The position numbers and the translations under genes were made by a program. Of a stretch of 61,330 bases of DNA, positions 57,857-61,330 are shown in pieces. This DNA comes from a virus, in the IMG/VR virus record IMGVR_UViG_3300003154_000789, positions 1-61,330 of that record. One strand, given 5' to 3'. Under the pieces are notes generated by a model. That model worked only from the letters and a program-made list of their open reading frames with translations. It did not search any database and had not been told where the DNA came from. Numbering within the stretch: the stretch's first letter is position 1; the number at the start of each line of letters is the position of its first letter.

Positions 57857-57940
57857 TGGGGAGTGATGGAGTCGAACCACCCGAGCCGTTTAGACGCATG
57901 GTCTACAGCCATGCCCGCTACCCCTACGGTATAACTCCCC
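57857..57940 (-). tRNA. tRNA-Tyr(GTA)
   Basis: GGGGAGT/ACTCCCC, CATGG-CTGTAGA-CCATG, long V arm. Confidence 0.92.
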
Positions 57941-57947
57941 AAAAGTA

Positions 57948-58223
57948 TTAAATCTTTTTACCAGTACAACAACCACAACAACCGTGAATTCCTTCTGAGT
58001 CATCCATACCATGTCTCCTTCTGAATGCCATATCATCTGGATCAGGATGTCCAATTCCACAAGGACAGATACGCTCCATTATACCACGGTCATCTCTCCA
58101 ATGTGTAGGCCAGTCTTTCATTTTATGATTAGAAGGATTGTGTATGCTGCAGTATTCACCAGCACAATCTTTTCTATCATGTACTTTCAACTTTACTCCT
58201 GTACCATCCACGTAGGTTTCCAT
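57948..58223 (-). CDS. Cys/His-rich phage protein
   Basis: CSIHNPS.H, MERICPCGIGHPDPD, HGCCGCC. Confidence 0.6.
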   Translation of the reverse strand: METYVDGTGVKLKVHDRKDCAGEYCSIHNPSNHKMKDWPTHWRDDRGIMERICPCGIGHPDPDDMAFRRRHGMDDSEGIHGCCGCCTGKKI

Positions 58224-58873
58224 AATTTGTTTGGTATCACCTCCTTATGCATCCAATGTCTATCTGTCTGTACATGATTAGCTCTTACATATTTCGCCAC
58301 CGACCTTCCAAAATTCTCATATTTGAACTCGGAGACAAGCCTTACCACATAACCCTCGTGCTTATCTCCATATTTTTCATGATACATATCATCTATTTCT
58401 TTTAAAGATGTTACTGGTGATGATATAGCATCAAGATTGATAACTTCTGGGGTATATATGTGCATGAAGTCGAGAGCATCCATTGTATCTTCCCAACTCA
58501 AACATAGATTGTCACCAAACTCTGTTGTCCATACAGAGAACGCTAAGAAGTAAGACATCAAATCGTCGTATGCTATGGAGTGTTTTGCATACAAATTTTC
58601 CCCGCAAATCCTCCATTCAGGAAATATCAAATCTTTTATGCTGGCATGAAATGCTTTCATCCAGTGCCTAGACGCATGGTCTTTTGAATCAATTGATCTA
58701 GCATGCATATGATCATGATATAAAGTAGTATTCTCACCATCCATTTTTACCATGGCAATAAGAGGCTCTCCCTCTAAATGACTTGTATCTGTGAGAACTC
58801 TATCATCTTTTGTTCTTCCCGGAGACCATGGTAAATGTGGTGTTCTTGGATATTTATATCTTCTTTCTATCAT
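58193..58873 (-). CDS. RNA ligase family nucleotidyltransferase
   Basis: KYPRTPHL, KMDGEN (motif I), GENLYA, EGYVVR, KYVR. Confidence 0.82.
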   Translation of the reverse strand: MIERRYKYPRTPHLPWSPGRTKDDRVLTDTSHLEGEPLIAMVKMDGENTTLYHDHMHARSIDSKDHASRHWMKAFHASIKDLIFPEWRICGENLYAKHSIAYDDLMSYFLAFSVWTTEFGDNLCLSWEDTMDALDFMHIYTPEVINLDAISSPVTSLKEIDDMYHEKYGDKHEGYVVRLVSEFKYENFGRSVAKYVRANHVQTDRHWMHKEVIPNKLWKPTWMVQE

Positions 58874-59069
58874 GATATTTTATCCTATTCTTATATCTCT
58901 TTTTGCAAATTCCAAGATCCTCTTTCATGGATGAGCTAATAGCCATAGCTGAATCATAATACTCATCATACTCATTTTCAAGGTCTTCTTTCATGGAAGA
59001 ACTGATAGCAAAAGGACCATCATCTTTCCATAAGTCTTCATCCATTGCTGAACCAAAAAGCATACTCAT
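58854..59069 (-). CDS. acidic protein with internal duplication
   Basis: AISSSMKEDL occurs twice; AGGAGG RBS. Confidence 0.5.
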   Translation of the reverse strand: MSMLFGSAMDEDLWKDDGPFAISSSMKEDLENEYDEYYDSAMAISSSMKEDLGICKKRYKNRIKYHDRKKI

Positions 59070-59097
59070 ATGATTTGCCTCCTAATTACAGAATTTT

Positions 59098-59240
59098 TGG
59101 GTGGAGCGGGGAATTGAACCCCAGTCGTCCCTGACCACGACCCATCTTGAGAACTTACTTCCTATACTTCCAGGGCGAGTAATAACCACAGAATGATTAT
59201 TCTTTGTTCCTGTATATAGGTATGCTCAGTCGTACTCCAC
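59098..59240 (-). ncRNA. tRNA-His-like RNA with insertions
   Basis: GUGGAGU/GCUCCAC-CCA acceptor, GGGG-UUCAAUU-CCCC T arm, CCCUG...UCGUGGU-CAGGG. Confidence 0.55.
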
Positions 59241-59261
59241 GTTTTAATGCTGGGATGTTTG

Positions 59262-59537
59262 TATGTGTAGAATATTTTCTTTTCGCGGGGATTCGAACCC
59301 ACACTTTTTCTTTCGAAAATCACAAAGATTCATCAGTAAATGGTACCAATGGTATCTCAAGTAGCCTAACAGTTTCTCTTTCCTTAGAGGTGGATTTCAG
59401 AGGGATACCTCCAAAGCTCACAGGCATTTAGTCGGTCCAGAGCTGTCAAAGAGCCCGACAAGCGACACTAAACTACTAGGTGACTTTCGAAAGACGCATT
59501 ATCGTCCTGGTATATGCTATAAAATACTATTCAACAT
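59262..59537 (-). ncRNA. tRNA-like RNA with large insert in anticodon-arm position
   Basis: GUGGG-UUCGAAU-CCCCGC T arm; 15-bp UCUUUCGAAAGUCAC/GUGAUUUUCGAAAGA stem. Confidence 0.5.
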
Positions 59538-60007
59538 ATTGTAGTGCTACAAATTTATCGGTGTCTTTTCTCTTTCCTCAAACAACTTATATGCTACACA
59601 TAATATATGATAGTATGTCCATCAGAACTCCTCTTGCGTGCCTGAACAAGTTTAAGATCGTTAAATGTGATGATCGATTGGTTTCGATTAACTATGATAA
59701 CAATTATGTAAACATTAAACCTCTCTGCTAGCTCAAGTTCGTTGGGGACTGCTCAATATATTAAAATGCACATGCGGCTGTTAATGTTAGAAAGAAAAAA
59801 ATTCTCACCTAGCAATATGGCATACAAACATGTTATCATAAAAAGAACCGTTCGGACTGTGACTTTCTGTTGTCTAATTCTCCCTTCCCTTCCTCCGCGT
59901 TTAGACGCTGACAACCTACTAGCGTATCCGGTGCTGTTTTTAGCTCTTTAAATGACCTATATAGACGGCTTTTATACCGATCATATATCTCTATTTTGAA
60001 TTCAAAT

Positions 60008-60051
60008 AGAAAGAAATTATACACACCCGGCTTCCAGAACCAGGTGTGTAT
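60008..60051 (-). terminator. Hairpin/terminator after Ro60
   Basis: ATACACACC/GGTGTGTAT stem followed by U-rich tract. Confidence 0.5.
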
Positions 60052-60056
60052 GTTAT

Positions 60057-61330
60057 TTATTGTTGCTGGAATTGATCTGCTGTGTCAATCATTCGTTTTG
60101 CGAATTTCAATATGCTTCCAGACCACCCACCGATAATATACGTCCTGTCATAATATTCAGGGAGCAGAGTGTCTTCATACCCAGCGATCTGCACAAGAAA
60201 CACGTTAACTTTGGAGTTAACTTTGGAACGATACTCATTAAGGAGTAGAGGTACATCGATATAACTTCTACCTCTCCCTTGCCAGATGTACTGCTTATAA
60301 TCGGCAGCATTTTTACCATAGAGTCCACCATGCCCTGCCTGCATGTCGGAGTAGATAAACATGTTATCCCAATGCTCTTTGTTTCGAATGGCTTTGTCAA
60401 GTGCTAACCACACACCATTTTCAGTGCCTTCCCCGATATGTGTCCCTTTTTCGTTGGCTTCGGATGTCTGATCCATAATTGAAGCCTTCTTTCGAATAGG
60501 CATACAATCCAGGCGGTCACCAAAAATTCCCAGGACTCCTTCATCAGAAATACGTCCTGTAAGAACCCCCATCAGATTTCCAATCTGAGCTACTGTCATA
60601 GAGCTCAATTCTGAAATAGGAGTACCATGTGCAGAACCAGAGTTATCAGTAAGTACCAGTGATCTCCCATTTAATGTGGGCAAGTTACCTACAGAAATCT
60701 CAAGGCATTCTTCGATAGCATCTTGAACAAAACCAGGGGCACCTTTATTCGCATTGTGTGCGGATAGATAACGAAATGGAAGTTGTCTTCCTTTCGCAGC
60801 AGTGGCTACGAGTTTCTTTAGCCACAGTTCAGGAGGAACTTTAGCCTCCAACAAATTTCGAATGTTGCGGAGAAGAGCCATATGCCCCATGACTTCTACT
60901 GCCTCTTCCCACGAGCCGCCACCGGAACGGATTGATTCCCAGGTCCTGATGTCCTCTCCCAATTTCAGCTCTCCTCGCATGAGTTTACCAATTGGTGAGT
61001 CATAGCCATAGAAACCCTTACCCATTGCCAGATTGGCGACATCAACAGTCTTAACAACACGATCTTCCATTCTGTATTTCGCCAGTTGATAATCATTGGC
61101 TGTGGACAGAATGTCTTTCCAAGCACGCCTCATGGCGTTTGGAACTGGCTTACCGAAAGCTGACAGTTGATAGGCGAGTTGAACTGCCGGTTCATCCATA
61201 CGCCCTGTAATCAAAGCTGCATACTTACGTGTCAAGCCAGTACCGCGGACCTTAGGATGATTAGCCGCACGAATCAGTATTACTTGAGGAGTTGTTCTAA
61301 TGTTCTCCTCGTTACGTAATGTAGCCGCCC
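60057..61330 (-). CDS. Ro60/TROVE-vWA RNA-binding protein (5' end outside window)
   Basis: YQLAKY, TWE, HMALLRNIRN, QLPFRY, vWA MIDAS DNSGS, SDMQ, GGWS; frame open to window edge. Confidence 0.9.
   Translation of the reverse strand, partial: AATLRNEENIRTTPQVILIRAANHPKVRGTGLTRKYAALITGRMDEPAVQLAYQLSAFGKPVPNAMRRAWKDILSTANDYQLAKYRMEDRVVKTVDVANLAMGKGFYGYDSPIGKLMRGELKLGEDIRTWESIRSGGGSWEEAVEVMGHMALLRNIRNLLEAKVPPELWLKKLVATAAKGRQLPFRYLSAHNANKGAPGFVQDAIEECLEISVGNLPTLNGRSLVLTDNSGSAHGTPISELSSMTVAQIGNLMGVLTGRISDEGVLGIFGDRLDCMPIRKKASIMDQTSEANEKGTHIGEGTENGVWLALDKAIRNKEHWDNMFIYSDMQAGHGGLYGKNAADYKQYIWQGRGRSYIDVPLLLNEYRSKVNSKVNVFLVQIAGYEDTLLPEYYDRTYIIGGWSGSILKFAKRMIDTADQFQQQ

Noticed and set aside
56899-59951. 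+ strand ORFs in the right arm (56899, 59204, 59480, 59742 and others)
   Set aside because: Antisense to the operon and overlapping structured RNA candidates; no protein motifs.
1-61330. Genome-wide TAG reassignment (code 15)
   Set aside because: Long conserved genes are intact in the standard code and several end properly at TAG (RNR 10467-10469, UDG 24338-24340). Only one internal TAG was found.

Overview
AT-rich fragment of a large (jumbo-type) tailed dsDNA phage genome. The + strand block (1-48926) encodes sugar enzymes, a LamG virion protein, replication and nucleotide genes (DnaX-like clamp loader, PolA, dUTPase, class II RNR, RNase HII, ligase, dCMP deaminase), a kinase-less PAS/GAF sensor and Hsp20. 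It also holds a ~19 kb cluster of 24 tRNAs plus tmRNA, interleaved with homing endonucleases, Pth2 proteins and an RlmN-like enzyme. The converging - strand block (49543-61330) encodes Ro60/TROVE, two tRNA-like RNAs, an RNA ligase, tRNA-Tyr, three Y-RNA-like repeats, HD and ATP-grasp enzymes and a full pncA-pncB-nadD-nadE NAD+ salvage route. Four signals stand out. (1) A 333-nt RNA inside the NAD operon rebuilds the 23S rRNA L11-binding/GTPase-associated centre around two insertions, one complementary to its own H44 loop. (2) An amber-suppressor tRNA co-occurs with a Pth2-like gene carrying a single in-frame TAG. (3) The phage carries a Preiss-Handler NAD pathway. (4) Ro60, Y-like RNAs, tRNA mimics and an RNA ligase cluster together. 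All calls come from manual motif reading and base-pair inspection; no searches were run.
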